Shown: positions 36,912-47,185, counted from the first letter of the stretch. The stretch: 62,732 nt of DNA from Rhodothermales bacterium (GCA_034439735.1 JAWXAX010000167.1:1-62732); one strand, 5' to 3'. Program-made: numbers and translations. The notes: generated by a model not told the origin, from the letters alone.

Positions 36912-37286
36912 ATGAACATCGGGAACATCAACAAAGGAGGCCTCTCCCAGTCTAATCCGCTCAATCATCGGAAGATCGAGAAGACGGACCATGAAGGGCG
37001 CCAGCCCGCCCGGCCAGGCAACGATAAGGACGAAGCCCCGCACCGCGACAGCGTAGCCATTTCCGAAGCCGGCCGCCGGGCCCTCGAGGAGGAGCAGCGC
37101 AAGATGCAGGACCTGGACATGGCACGCCGCGTCTATGACGCCGAGGGCGCGTTGTCCGACGAGCGCCGGCAGGAAATCATGGCGCGGATCCAGTCGCAGT
37201 ATTACAAAAACCCGGCGGTTATCGATCAGATCGTTGCGCGCCTCGGGGATGACCTCGGCGCCCCTTCCGACGGCTCGCTGGCGTAG
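36912..37286 (+). CDS. flgM: Anti-sigma28 factor FlgM
   Basis: DSVAISEAGR and ERRQEIMARIQSQYY. Confidence 0.8.
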   Translation: MNIGNINKGGLSQSNPLNHRKIEKTDHEGRQPARPGNDKDEAPHRDSVAISEAGRRALEEEQRKMQDLDMARRVYDAEGALSDERRQEIMARIQSQYYKNPAVIDQIVARLGDDLGAPSDGSLA

Positions 37287-37350
37287 GGTTTCGAGTTCCG
37301 GGTTCGAGGTTACATGCCATTGAACCTCACACCCGCAACATTGTACCCTT

Positions 37351-37815
37351 TTACCCCATGATAAAATCCTTCGATCGAGAGCCTCCCCGGTCGTCGGGGG
37401 TGGAGCCGGCGCGATCTTTCATCGCGGTGTTCAGGATTTCCGTCAGCTCGCTCGCGCGCACCGGCTTGGCCAGGTAGTAGTCGGCGCCGGAATTACGTCC
37501 GCGCATCTCGCCCAGTCGGGAGGCGGATCCCGTCACCATCACGATCGGAATGCTGTTCAGGTCGGGGTTTTCCTTGATCGCTTCCGTCGTCGCGTAGCCG
37601 TGCATCCCTTTCATGTGCACGTCGCACAGGATAACATCCGGCAAGTTCTTGGCCGCGGCATCGTACCCCTGCGCGCCATCTTCGGCGGTGAACACTTCGT
37701 AGTTGAGCTGGCGGAGCAAGTGTCCGACGACCTCCCTGAACGTGCGATCGTCGTCGATGATCAGGACGCGTTGCCGCCTGGCGTCTTTTCCCTGGGATTG
37801 CGCTTCTTGAGCCAT
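37351..37815 (-). CDS. Single-domain response regulator
   Basis: VLIIDDD, PDVILCDVHM, IPIVMVTG, GADYYLAKP. Confidence 0.88.
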   Translation of the reverse strand: MAQEAQSQGKDARRQRVLIIDDDRTFREVVGHLLRQLNYEVFTAEDGAQGYDAAAKNLPDVILCDVHMKGMHGYATTEAIKENPDLNSIPIVMVTGSASRLGEMRGRNSGADYYLAKPVRASELTEILNTAMKDRAGSTPDDRGGSRSKDFIMG

Positions 37816-37944
37816 GGTTCGTGCGAGTTGAAGGCCTGTATGGACGGGTAGATCCGATACATGACGTATCGACCATCGGCGCACCCCTTAATCCTGACGC
37901 GCTGCCCGCCCATTCCCTCACTCGTCGTCGAGCCCCCAAAACAT

Positions 37945-37983
37945 AACGAGGCGCCGCCAATTTCCGGCAGCGCCTCGTTTTTT
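37945..37983. terminator. Hairpin terminator downstream of the sigma54 activator
   Basis: AACGAGGCGCCGCC-aatttcc-GGCAGCGCCTCGTT with A/T tails. Confidence 0.6.
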
Positions 37984-38011
37984 ATGGGTATCCCATGACG
38001 GTGTGCGATCC

Positions 38012-39418
38012 TCACCCCATGAACCCGCTTTCGCGGTAGCGGCGGAGCTTGTTTCGGATCGTACGCGCGCTGATCCCCAGCTTTTCGGCGGCGCGCTGCT
38101 GGTTGTTGTTGGCTTCCGCGAGCGCCTTCATGATCATGATGCGCTCCATGTCCTCGATCGTCTGCGGATTGCCCTGCGGCCCCGCCCCAGCGCTCGTTTC
38201 GTGGGGCTCGGCATCCTGGAAGAAGTCGTTGAACACATCGTCGGCATTGATCACCGTGCGTTCGGCGGACAGGATGACCCCGCGCTGGATGACGTTTTCG
38301 AGCTGGCGTACGTTACCGGGCCAGGGGAACGTCTGCAATTTGGCGGTCAGATCCTCGGCGGCCGTCTTCGCCGGCAGGTCGTACAGCTGGCAATACTTTT
38401 CGATGAAATGCTCGGTGAGCAGCGGCACATCCGAAAGGCGTTCGCGGAGAGACGGCACCGTGAGCGGGAAGACCGAGAGGCGATGGAACAGGTCCTCCCG
38501 GAAGATGCCCGTCCTGATCGCCTCGTTGAGGTTCCGGTTGCTCGTCGCGATCACGCGGACGTCCACCTTCTTCACCTCGGACGAGCCGATCTTCTGAAAT
38601 TCGTTTTCCTGGAGCACGCGAAGCAGTTTGGCCTGCACGACGAGGTCGATTTCCGTGATCTCATCCAGCAACAGGGTTCCGCCGTGGGCGACTTCGAAGG
38701 CGCCGACCATGTCGTCGATGGCGCCGGTGAAGGCGCCCTTCCGGTGGCCGAAGAGGTGGCTTTCGACGAGCTCGCGGGGCAGGTTCGCGCAATTGAGCGT
38801 GACGTATGGGCCGTTCGCCCGGTCGCTCATCTGATGGAGGAGCTTCGCGAGGATCTCCTTACCGGTGCCGCTTTCGCCCTGGATGAACACCGGGGCTTTG
38901 TTCTGGCTGACGCGCGGCATCAGCTTACGAAGGTTGCGAATCGACTGGTGTTCGCCGATGTATCGCACCTGACGAACCTTGGCCCGTGCCGCGGTGCCTT
39001 TCCGGGTACGGGGCTGCGTTTCGTCTGCTTCCTCCTGGTCCTCATCGCGGGAGCGGGCCAGGCACTGCTGCACCCGCTCCACCAGCTCGGTGGTCGAGAA
39101 CGGCTTGGGGATGTAGTCTATCGCCCCATTCTGCATGGTGCGGACGGCGTGTTGGACGTTGTGGTGCGCGGTGATCATGATCACCCGGGTACGGGGGTAC
39201 TCCTGGCGAATGTGAGCGAGCAACTCGAGACCGTCGACATCCGGCATCATGAAGTCTGTCACGACCAAATCGTACGCCTGGCGTTTTAATTCGGCGATGG
39301 CCTGGCCGGCGTCCGAACAGCATTTGACGCGCATACCATGGCGTGAAAACAACCGCTCGAAAAGACCGTGCAAGAGTTGCTCGTCGTCAACAAATAGTAT
39401 CTGTGCCTGTTGCTCCAT
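38012..39418 (-). CDS. Sigma54-dependent NtrC-family response regulator (FlbD/FleR/FlgR-like flagellar activator)
   Basis: Receiver domain, GESGTGKE, ESHLFGHRKGAFTGA, LLLDEI, WPGNVRQL, Fis-type HTH. Confidence 0.92.
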   Translation of the reverse strand: MEQQAQILFVDDEQLLHGLFERLFSRHGMRVKCCSDAGQAIAELKRQAYDLVVTDFMMPDVDGLELLAHIRQEYPRTRVIMITAHHNVQHAVRTMQNGAIDYIPKPFSTTELVERVQQCLARSRDEDQEEADETQPRTRKGTAARAKVRQVRYIGEHQSIRNLRKLMPRVSQNKAPVFIQGESGTGKEILAKLLHQMSDRANGPYVTLNCANLPRELVESHLFGHRKGAFTGAIDDMVGAFEVAHGGTLLLDEITEIDLVVQAKLLRVLQENEFQKIGSSEVKKVDVRVIATSNRNLNEAIRTGIFREDLFHRLSVFPLTVPSLRERLSDVPLLTEHFIEKYCQLYDLPAKTAAEDLTAKLQTFPWPGNVRQLENVIQRGVILSAERTVINADDVFNDFFQDAEPHETSAGAGPQGNPQTIEDMERIMIMKALAEANNNQQRAAEKLGISARTIRNKLRRYRESGFMG

Positions 39419-39979
39419 CTAGGTACTGCCGTGGCTAAGTAAAAAGCTTCAGATGGCGGCCGCGTTCAGCTGGTGAACGGCGCACCCATCCCTATGAATT
39501 GAACTGTGGCGGGCAGCCTGGCTCCCCGCCTAGAAGACGTGCTTGGTCGGCGTGTGAACGACCGCGTTCAAATCCTGTACCGCTACCGAATACATGCGCC
39601 ATCGCTAGAGGTGCGGCGGACCGGCGCAGGGCCATCTCTGGAGAGCTCCCGCACGTGTGTTCGAGCGTTACGTCAGGCTGAACCATGGGCCAGTGCCCAA
39701 CCCCCGACTCCTTGCGCGATCGCTAAAATACCGTCACAACGAAATGAACAGATCACGGAATCCCGCCGAAGATGCGTCAATAGTATGACGCAGGATATGC
39801 CCCACGACGGGTCCCGGTTGTCGGGGGACTGGTAACGATCTGCCCGGCTATTGTTCCGACGCCGTTCAAAATCCACCGCCCCCTTCCCGGCGCCGGCCGG
39901 CCGAGAAGCCACCTGCAAATCGGCAACTATTTCCCCGAAGCAGGCTGTTTTCTGCCCCCATGTTTTTCCTCGCGCCGGC

Positions 39980-40006
39980 TTAAGCCCGCCCGGAGCCGGC
40001 CGATAC
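39980..40006 (+). promoter_or_regulatory. Sigma28-type promoter upstream of flgB
   Basis: TTAA-N15-GCCGATAC. Confidence 0.55.
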
Positions 40007-40087
40007 TTGCCCTCTATGGATTATTCGTCCCTCCGATGCGGGCGATTGCCGACATCTCCCGTGGCCGGCCCTGGCTACCCCCGTACG

Positions 40088-40103
40088 TGGCACGATGGTT
40101 GAA
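40088..40103 (+). promoter_or_regulatory. Sigma54 promoter of the flgB operon
   Basis: TGGCAC-GATGG-TTGAA. Confidence 0.55.
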
Positions 40104-40150
40104 TTCCGGCACTGGACCGTCACCAATCATACACGTTACGCCCTTCCATC

Positions 40151-40516
40151 ATGGAACCAGGAAAGATCATCGACCCCCCGCTCATGGAGACCGACCGCGT
40201 ACACCTGCTGCGGAATGCCCTTCAGGCGTACAACTGGCGGCTCAAGGCGCTCTCCAGCAACATGGCCAACCTCGACACGCCGGGCTATCAACGCCTCTCG
40301 GTGGCGTTCGAGGAAAAGCTCCAGGAAGTCCGCCACGCCATTCCCGGCCTCCGCGATGTGGTGGATGTAAAGCCCCGCATGCAGGTCCACGACGATGTCC
40401 CGATCATCGAGGACGAACTGATGAACCTGGCGGACGTGCAGATGCGCGGCCAGTTCAGCACGCGGGCGCTCCACGATCACTTCGAGATGGTCCGCATCGG
40501 CATCACCGGCCGCTAA
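40151..40516 (+). CDS. flgB: Rod protein FlgB
   Basis: LSSNMANLDTPGYQRLSVAFEEKL. Confidence 0.9.
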   Translation: MEPGKIIDPPLMETDRVHLLRNALQAYNWRLKALSSNMANLDTPGYQRLSVAFEEKLQEVRHAIPGLRDVVDVKPRMQVHDDVPIIEDELMNLADVQMRGQFSTRALHDHFEMVRIGITGR

Positions 40517-40550
40517 CCACCCCTCCCTTCACTCTGTACGCCGCACGACC

Positions 40551-41051
40551 ATGCTTATCAACAAACACACCTTCAGCGTCTTCCACACCGTGGCCCGTGG
40601 CCTCGAAGCGCAGCGGCTGGCCATCAGCGCCTCCACCGACAACATCGCCAACGCCACGACCACGCGGAAGGCCGACGGTACGATGTATGCCATGAAGCGC
40701 CCCGTACACGAAGTGCCCGACGACCGGTACCGCCGCTTCGACAACATGCTCAACCAGATGCAGAGCTCGATGGCGACGCCGGACGGCCAGCACTTTGATG
40801 GCACCTCCCTACGCCGCCGGCTGCACGAAGCGGAGATGGGCCCGACGACTTCCATCGAGGACGATGCGGTCTACCGCACCGAATTCGACCCCTCGCACCC
40901 CCATGCCGACGAAAACGGATATGTCCTGTATCCGGACGTCAACGTGGTGGAGGAAATGGCCCGTCTGATCTCGGCCAATCGCATCTACGACGCCAACCTC
41001 TCGGCTTTCCAGACCTCCAAGGAGGTGATCAAGCGGACGCTCGAGATCTAA
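40551..41051 (+). CDS. flgC: Rod protein FlgC
   Basis: GLEAQRL, NIANATTT, FDPSHPHADENGYVLYPDVNVVEEM. Confidence 0.95.
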   Translation: MLINKHTFSVFHTVARGLEAQRLAISASTDNIANATTTRKADGTMYAMKRPVHEVPDDRYRRFDNMLNQMQSSMATPDGQHFDGTSLRRRLHEAEMGPTTSIEDDAVYRTEFDPSHPHADENGYVLYPDVNVVEEMARLISANRIYDANLSAFQTSKEVIKRTLEI

Positions 41052-41094
41052 CGCCCCGCCGCCTCTTTTGTGAATCCGTATCGCGACCAATCCT

Positions 41095-41475
41095 ATGAAC
41101 AACGGCATCCCTCCCTTTCGACCTACCGGCCCCGATTTCGATCAACGGCCGGCGTCCCGCACGGGCGCCGACTCCGAACCTGATGCCGCTGATGTGGCCA
41201 GAGGAGCGACCTCCGCCCCCGAGCCGGCCCCACCGACCGCGCGTACACGTCCCGCCGATGCCGCGGACGCCGCCTTTGGCGCCGCGCTCGATGGCGCCCT
41301 GGACCGTGCCGCCGGCACCGACCACGCGGCGGACCTCACGCCGGACGAACAGCAGATGATCCTGCGGTACTTCCCCGAAGCGCCAGGCCTCGCCCTGCGC
41401 CTCTACGATCAGACCTCCGCCTCCCGAAAAGTCGACCCCGGCGCTATCGGCGCGCGGGTCGACCTCCGCGGCTGA
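41095..41475 (+). CDS. Hypothetical protein in the flagellar operon
   Basis: Fills the flgC-fliE gap; low-complexity N-terminus, LTPDEQQMILRYFP, C-terminal GARVDLRG. Confidence 0.6.
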   Translation: MNNGIPPFRPTGPDFDQRPASRTGADSEPDAADVARGATSAPEPAPPTARTRPADAADAAFGAALDGALDRAAGTDHAADLTPDEQQMILRYFPEAPGLALRLYDQTSASRKVDPGAIGARVDLRG

Positions 41476-41530
41476 TTCGACGCCTCTCACCTTCCCCGTA
41501 CGATAATCCCTTCTTAGACCAGGAATCGCG

Positions 41531-41854
41531 ATGCTCGTCGCCCAACTCCAACGCCTACACGACGCCTATCTCTTCGGAACCGACGAACCCGGCGCCCTCC
41601 CCCGCATCCAGACCCCGGGGGACACCGAACCGAAACACCACTTCGCGAACGCCCTGAAATCGGCCATCGACCAGGTGGACGACGCGCACACCGCTTCAGG
41701 CCAGCAGGTCGAGGCCTTCATCGCCGGCGAACAGGAAAACCTACACGAGGTGATGATCTCGATGAACCAGGCCCGGCTCTCCTTCCAGCTCATGGTGGAA
41801 GTCCGCAACAAACTCGTGGATGCGTACCACGAGCTGTTCAGGATGCAGATCTAG
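41531..41854 (+). CDS. fliE: FliE
   Basis: NLHEVMISMNQARLSFQLMVEVRNKLVDAYHELFRMQI. Confidence 0.95.
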   Translation: MLVAQLQRLHDAYLFGTDEPGALPRIQTPGDTEPKHHFANALKSAIDQVDDAHTASGQQVEAFIAGEQENLHEVMISMNQARLSFQLMVEVRNKLVDAYHELFRMQI

Positions 41855-41857
41855 TTG

Positions 41858-41923
41858 GTTTAAAGGGTAAGGTTCAAGGTTTAATGTGATGAAGACATGC
41901 CTTGAGCCTTGAACATTGAACAT
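41858..41923. repeat. Inverted heptamer-repeat array
   Basis: ggtttaa agggtaa ggttcaa ggtttaa ... ccttgag ccttgaa cattgaa cat, between fliE and fliF. Confidence 0.7.
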
Positions 41924-41945
41924 CGATGGTGAACGACAGCAGTAG

Positions 41946-43589
41946 ATGGATACTTTCCTCAAGAACATAACGGCCTTCTTCGGCCGGCTTTCGATCGGAC
42001 AACGCATCGCCATCGGAACGGTGGTGGTCGGCACGATCGCCGCCATGGTGGGGCTCACCGTCTGGTTTCAGCAGGCAAACTTCACGCTATTATTCGGCAA
42101 CCTGCCCGAAACAGCCGCCAGCCAGGTCGTGGAGATCCTCCAGAACGAGGAGATCGAGTACAAGCTCAAGGACGGCGGAACGGCGATCTTCGTCCCAAAC
42201 GAACTGGTGTACGACCTCCGCCTCCGATTCGCCCGCGAGGGCATCATCTCGGACGGCGTGACGGGGTATGAGATCTTCGATCAGACCACGCTCGGGATGA
42301 CCGACTTCATGCAGAAGCTCAACCTCCGGCGCGCGCTGGAAGGCGAGCTCTCCCGCACGATTTCCAGCATCGACCAGGTCGAGGCGGCGCGCGTCCATCT
42401 CGTGATCCCGGAACGGTCCCCTTTTCGTGAATCGCAAAACAACGCCACGTCCTCCGTCGTCCTGGAGCTGAAGCCGGGCGCGCGGCTTTCCGAGGCGAAC
42501 ATCCAGGGCATCACCGCACTCGTCGCCGGCGCGGTCGAGGGGTTGGAGGCGTCGGACGTGAACATTATCGATACCGCCGGCAAGATGCTCTCGAACCCGG
42601 ACGGCGACGATGGCGATACCCGGCTCACGTCCACCCAGATGCGGCTGCAGCAGGAAAAGGAGCAGCATCTGGCCGCCAAGGCGCAGTCCCTGTTGGACGA
42701 GATGCTCGGCGCCGGCAATGGCATCATCCGCTTGAACCTGGAGCTCGACTTCTCCCGGTCGGTCACCGAGAATAACCAGATCGACCCCGAGAGCCAGACC
42801 GTCATCGCCGAAGAGCGTCTCGAGGAGGAGGGGGATGCGGACAATGCCAGCTCATCGGTCAAGAATTACGAGGTGAGCCGGACGGTGCAGACGATCGAGA
42901 AGTCGGTGGGCGACATCGCCTACCTGTCCGTCTCGGTCATCCTCAACTACCAGAAAGTCCCCCCGCCGGCGGATCCGCCTGAAGCGCTCCCCACGTATGA
43001 GCCCCACAGCGACGCCCAGATCGGGCAGATCGAGTCGCTGATCAAGGAGTCGGTGGGCTGGCGTGGCGACCGCGGCGATGGCTTCGCGATCAGCCAGCTC
43101 CGCTTCGACACCACGATGGACGACCAGCTGGCGCAGCAATTACTCGAGGAGAAAAAGCGCGAGCAGATCGAGATGTATGTCCGGTACGGCCTCATGGTGC
43201 TGGCGCTCGGCATCGCGTTCTGGCTGATCCGGACGGCGACGCAGAAGGCAAAGGAGGTCGCCGGCCTCCAAGCCGCCGGCCCACAGGGTCAGCTGCTTAG
43301 CCAATCGAACGCCATCGGCCCGGATGGCAAGCCGCAGTTGACGTCGGGTACCGGAGCGCAGCGCACTCGAACGGGCGCCAATGGCGAGCAGGAAGACCTC
43401 ATCCTCATCGACGATGTCTACACCAGCACCTTGTCCCCCGAAGCCAAGGCGCGCCTCAAAGCCAAACACAAGATGTTGGCCGACATGATCGAGTCGATCA
43501 AGGCCAATCCCGAAGAAGCCGCGAACCTGCTACGCAACTGGTTGGTGGCCGATAAGATGAAGGAGAACAACAAAGTGTCCGCTACCTAA
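41946..43589 (+). CDS. fliF: MS-ring protein FliF
   Basis: GYEIFDQTTLGMTDF, RALEGELSRTI, ARVHLVIPERSPF; two transmembrane segments. Confidence 0.95.
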   Translation: MDTFLKNITAFFGRLSIGQRIAIGTVVVGTIAAMVGLTVWFQQANFTLLFGNLPETAASQVVEILQNEEIEYKLKDGGTAIFVPNELVYDLRLRFAREGIISDGVTGYEIFDQTTLGMTDFMQKLNLRRALEGELSRTISSIDQVEAARVHLVIPERSPFRESQNNATSSVVLELKPGARLSEANIQGITALVAGAVEGLEASDVNIIDTAGKMLSNPDGDDGDTRLTSTQMRLQQEKEQHLAAKAQSLLDEMLGAGNGIIRLNLELDFSRSVTENNQIDPESQTVIAEERLEEEGDADNASSSVKNYEVSRTVQTIEKSVGDIAYLSVSVILNYQKVPPPADPPEALPTYEPHSDAQIGQIESLIKESVGWRGDRGDGFAISQLRFDTTMDDQLAQQLLEEKKREQIEMYVRYGLMVLALGIAFWLIRTATQKAKEVAGLQAAGPQGQLLSQSNAIGPDGKPQLTSGTGAQRTRTGANGEQEDLILIDDVYTSTLSPEAKARLKAKHKMLADMIESIKANPEEAANLLRNWLVADKMKENNKVSAT

Positions 43590-43654
43590 CGGACGACGAT
43601 CACGCCAGAACCGGCCCCCGGGGCCGGCCGAGCAACGCCTCCAGCGAATAGGAC

Positions 43655-44776
43655 ATGGCAACAGCTACAGCGACACCACCCAAAAAAGAAGCGGCAAAAC
43701 CCCAGCCTCAAGCGCCTGCCGCGGCCGCCGCAGGCGAAGAAAACAAGCTGACGCCCGCGGAGGTCACGGAAATCGTCAAGCGGCTCTCCGGCGCGCAAAA
43801 AGCCGCCGTCCTCCTGGTGGCGATCGGCACGGAGGCCGCCAGCGCCGTCATCAAACACCTCAACGACGACGAAGTGGAGCGCATCTCCGTGGAAATCGCT
43901 CGGATGCGCAACACGGCCAGCGAGGTCGTGGAGGGGGTGCTGCTCGAATTCAGGGACCTGGGCTGGGCGCAGGAGTTCATCGCGCAGGGCGGCGTCACGT
44001 TCGCCCGCGACGCCCTGGCCGCGGCCCTCGGAACGCGCCGCGCCGAGGAGATCATGATGCGCGTCGAGGCGGCGATGGAGGTCTCGGCCTTCCACCTCCT
44101 CCAGACGGTCGAAACCAGCCAGTTGACCAGCTTCCTGCAGAACGAACATCCGCAGACGGCCGCCCTGATCCTCGCCCATCTCAACCCGCGTAAATCGGCC
44201 GAGATCATCTCGAACTTCGAGGCGGAGGTCCAGAATGAAATCATCTTCCGGCTCGCGACAATGGGGAAGACCTCGCCGGCCCTGCTCAGCGACGTCGAGG
44301 AAGTCATACGCCAGCAGATCGGATCACTCTTCGGCACCGAGTTGAGCGCCGCCGGCGGCATCGAGGCCGTAGCCCAGATCCTCAACAACACCAGCCGGGC
44401 CGCCGAGAAAAACATCCTCGAGGGCCTGACGGAGCGCGACAACGACCTCGCGATGTCGATCAAGGCGCTCATGTTTGTCTTTGACGATCTGGTGAACATC
44501 TCGGACCGCGACCTCCAACGTATCCTCGTCGAGGTCGAACAGCGCGACCTGGCCCTCAGCCTCAAAGGCGCCTCGGAAAACCTCAAGGCCAAGATGCTCG
44601 GCAATATCAGCCAGCGCGCCGCCGACGGCATCCGCGAAGAGCTCGAGCTCATGGGGCCCGTCCGCGTCAGCGATGTAGAAGAATCCCAGCGCCGCATCAT
44701 CGAAGTCGCCCAGCAACTCGAAGAACAGGAAGAGATCAGCCTCTCGCGTGGCGGTCAGACGGAAGTACTGCTCTAA
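43655..44776 (+). CDS. fliG: Motor switch protein FliG
   Basis: LSGAQKAAVLL, EHPQTAALIL, MFVFDDL, GPVRVSDVEESQ. Confidence 0.95.
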   Translation: MATATATPPKKEAAKPQPQAPAAAAAGEENKLTPAEVTEIVKRLSGAQKAAVLLVAIGTEAASAVIKHLNDDEVERISVEIARMRNTASEVVEGVLLEFRDLGWAQEFIAQGGVTFARDALAAALGTRRAEEIMMRVEAAMEVSAFHLLQTVETSQLTSFLQNEHPQTAALILAHLNPRKSAEIISNFEAEVQNEIIFRLATMGKTSPALLSDVEEVIRQQIGSLFGTELSAAGGIEAVAQILNNTSRAAEKNILEGLTERDNDLAMSIKALMFVFDDLVNISDRDLQRILVEVEQRDLALSLKGASENLKAKMLGNISQRAADGIREELELMGPVRVSDVEESQRRIIEVAQQLEEQEEISLSRGGQTEVLL

Positions 44777-44837
44777 CAGGGGGCTTCAAGGTCAACATTT
44801 TATACATTAGACCTTGACCCCAGAACCTTAAACCCCA

Positions 44838-45728
44838 ATGGTATCCCCGATCATCAAGAAGGACCGTGTAGACGCGCGGAGCATGCCTTTTGAAGACATG
44901 CCGGAGCGGTCCAGCGTGATCCTGCGGGGCGCACGCGTCATGGAATCCCCGGGGGTGCGGGAATTTAACCTGGACCGGAGGATCATCCGCGGCGAGGAGG
45001 CGCGATTCGACGCCCTGCCCATGACGTATATCGAGATTTCGCAGGACAAAGGCCACGGCGAGCATCGGCCGCCGGCGGAAGTGGTGCTCAGCACCGAAGA
45101 ACAGCTGGCGCTACAGGAGGCGGGCTGGGAAAAAAGGCTGAAGATAGAAGTCGAGGCGGCGCGCGACGCGGGGTATGAAGCTGGCCGGCGCGAAACGACG
45201 GAGCGGCTGGAGACCGCCTTCACCGCCAGTCGCCAGGCCCTGCTCGACGACACCTCGCGCATCCAGCGGCTCTGGGGGGATCTCGTCGAAAAAAGCGAGC
45301 CCATCCTCCTGGAGATGACGCTCGATCTGCTGGAGGCCATCCTGCACCAGCCGCTCCCCGAACCGGTCGTGGGCATCGTCGAAAATGCGTTGTTAACCAC
45401 CCTCGAGGTGTTCTCGCGCGATATACCGATCCGGCTCTCTCTCAACTCGATCGACTACCTGCGGCTGCAGGAGAGCGGGTTGGTAATGCATGTCGGCAAC
45501 CTCTTTCCAAAGCTTGTGTGGGATCCCCAGCCCGACCATCGCGAGGGCGATTGGATCGCCCATTCGCCTGAGATGATGATTCGCAGCATCGTATCGGAAG
45601 CCATACAGCATCTGAAGGATCGCTTCGGGCTCCTCGAACCCCACAGCCGCACGGCGCGAGCCTCCGCGCAGGCGACGGGCGACCCTGCCGGCGACCCGGA
45701 CGCCGCACCCCTCTCCGATCTTCCCTGA
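44838..45728 (+). CDS. fliH: FliH-like export ATPase regulator
   Basis: Position between fliG and fliI; AARDAGYEAG (AxxxGxxxG) repeat. Confidence 0.75.
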   Translation: MVSPIIKKDRVDARSMPFEDMPERSSVILRGARVMESPGVREFNLDRRIIRGEEARFDALPMTYIEISQDKGHGEHRPPAEVVLSTEEQLALQEAGWEKRLKIEVEAARDAGYEAGRRETTERLETAFTASRQALLDDTSRIQRLWGDLVEKSEPILLEMTLDLLEAILHQPLPEPVVGIVENALLTTLEVFSRDIPIRLSLNSIDYLRLQESGLVMHVGNLFPKLVWDPQPDHREGDWIAHSPEMMIRSIVSEAIQHLKDRFGLLEPHSRTARASAQATGDPAGDPDAAPLSDLP

Positions 45729-45734
45729 CGCTCC

Positions 45735-47063
45735 ATGTCCTTCCTTTCCCATTGCCAGGCGCGCCTCCGCCAGATGCGGCCGGCGATCCAGACATACGGG
45801 CGCGTGCAGTCCGTGATAGGCCTCCTCATCGAAGCCAGCTCCGTCCAGGCCGCCGTCGGCGAGGTCTGTTACATCTACGAAAGCGATCATCCACGGAGCC
45901 GGCGCATCAAGGCCGAGGTCGTGGGCGTCCGCGGCGAAACCAGCATCCTGATGCCGCTCGAGGTGACGATCGGGCTTCGTGCCGGCTGCCTCGTCCAACG
46001 CTCGGCCATTCCACTGACGATCCAGGTTGGTGAAGCCCTGCTAGGGCGTGTGATCGATGCCAACGGGCACCCGATCGACAACAAAGGCCCCCTCCTCCTC
46101 GACGACGCACAGCAGGTCCACCGCGAACCGCCCTCCCCCATGGAGCGTCGGATGATCGACACCGCGCTGCCGACCGGCGTACGCGCCATCGACGCCATGC
46201 TGACGCTCGGGCGCGGCCAGCGAATCGGCATCTTCTCAGGATCCGGCGTCGGCAAGAGTACACTGTTGGGGATGATCGCGCGTAATGCCCGGGCCGACGT
46301 CAACGTGATCGGGCTGATCGGGGAACGCGGCCGCGAGGTGCAGGAATTCATCGTCGACAACCTCGGTGAAGAAGGCCTGGCGCGATCCGTCGTCGTCGCC
46401 GTCACGGGGGACCAGGCCGCCATGCACCGCGTCAAGGGCGCCAGTGTGACGCTGGCCATCGCGGAGTTTTTCCGAGACCTGGGCAAGGACGTGTTGCTCA
46501 TGATGGACTCCGTCACGCGTGTCGCGATGGCGCAACGGGAGATCGGCCTCGCTGTCGGCGAGCCGCCGACGACGCGCGGCTACACGCCCAGCGTATTTGC
46601 CATGCTCCCCCGGCTCCTCGAGCGCGCGGGCCCCGGTACCCGCGGCACCATAACGGGCATCTTTACGGTGCTGGTGGATAGCGACGACATGAACGACCCG
46701 ATCAGCGACGCCGTCCGCGGCATCCTGGATGGCCACATCGTGCTCAGCCGGCGCATCGCCGAATCCGGCCACTACCCGGCCATCGATGTGCTCCAGAGCG
46801 TGAGCCGGCTCATGCCGCGAGTGACGGCCCGTGAAGATCAGGCGGTAGCCACGCGCGCGCGCCAGCTGCTCGCCGCGTACCAGTCAATCGAAGACCTGCT
46901 GCGTATCGGCGCCTACGAAAAAGGCTCCGACCCGACGACGGACCGCGCCATCGCCGCCCACGGCCCACTCAAGCGCTTCCTGCAACAAAGTATGCACGAA
47001 GCCGCCTCCACCCGCCCGATCGAAGCCCTGCGGCAGGCCCTCCAGGAAGGCGCAAACGGGTGA
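45735..47063 (+). CDS. fliI: Flagellar export ATPase FliI
   Basis: GSGVGKST, GERGREV, MDSVTR, LDGHIVLSR. Confidence 0.95.
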   Translation: MSFLSHCQARLRQMRPAIQTYGRVQSVIGLLIEASSVQAAVGEVCYIYESDHPRSRRIKAEVVGVRGETSILMPLEVTIGLRAGCLVQRSAIPLTIQVGEALLGRVIDANGHPIDNKGPLLLDDAQQVHREPPSPMERRMIDTALPTGVRAIDAMLTLGRGQRIGIFSGSGVGKSTLLGMIARNARADVNVIGLIGERGREVQEFIVDNLGEEGLARSVVVAVTGDQAAMHRVKGASVTLAIAEFFRDLGKDVLLMMDSVTRVAMAQREIGLAVGEPPTTRGYTPSVFAMLPRLLERAGPGTRGTITGIFTVLVDSDDMNDPISDAVRGILDGHIVLSRRIAESGHYPAIDVLQSVSRLMPRVTAREDQAVATRARQLLAAYQSIEDLLRIGAYEKGSDPTTDRAIAAHGPLKRFLQQSMHEAASTRPIEALRQALQEGANG

Positions 47064-47169
47064 TACCAGTGAGGCCACGAGATTTCATGTCCCTACTCTG
47101 CGCTTCGCCTGTAGCGTCAATTTTTCCTGCCCCCTCGCCAATCACGATTCGCATTACTCGCTAATCAAT

Positions 47170-47185
47170 TGGCCGGCCATTTGCA
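47170..47185 (+). promoter_or_regulatory. Sigma54 promoter upstream of fliJ
   Basis: TGGCCG-GCCAT-TTGCA. Confidence 0.55.

Noticed and set aside
39492..39918. Small ORFs in the activator-flgB gap
   Set aside because: Overlapping, motif-less ORFs with weak starts; better explained as regulatory DNA
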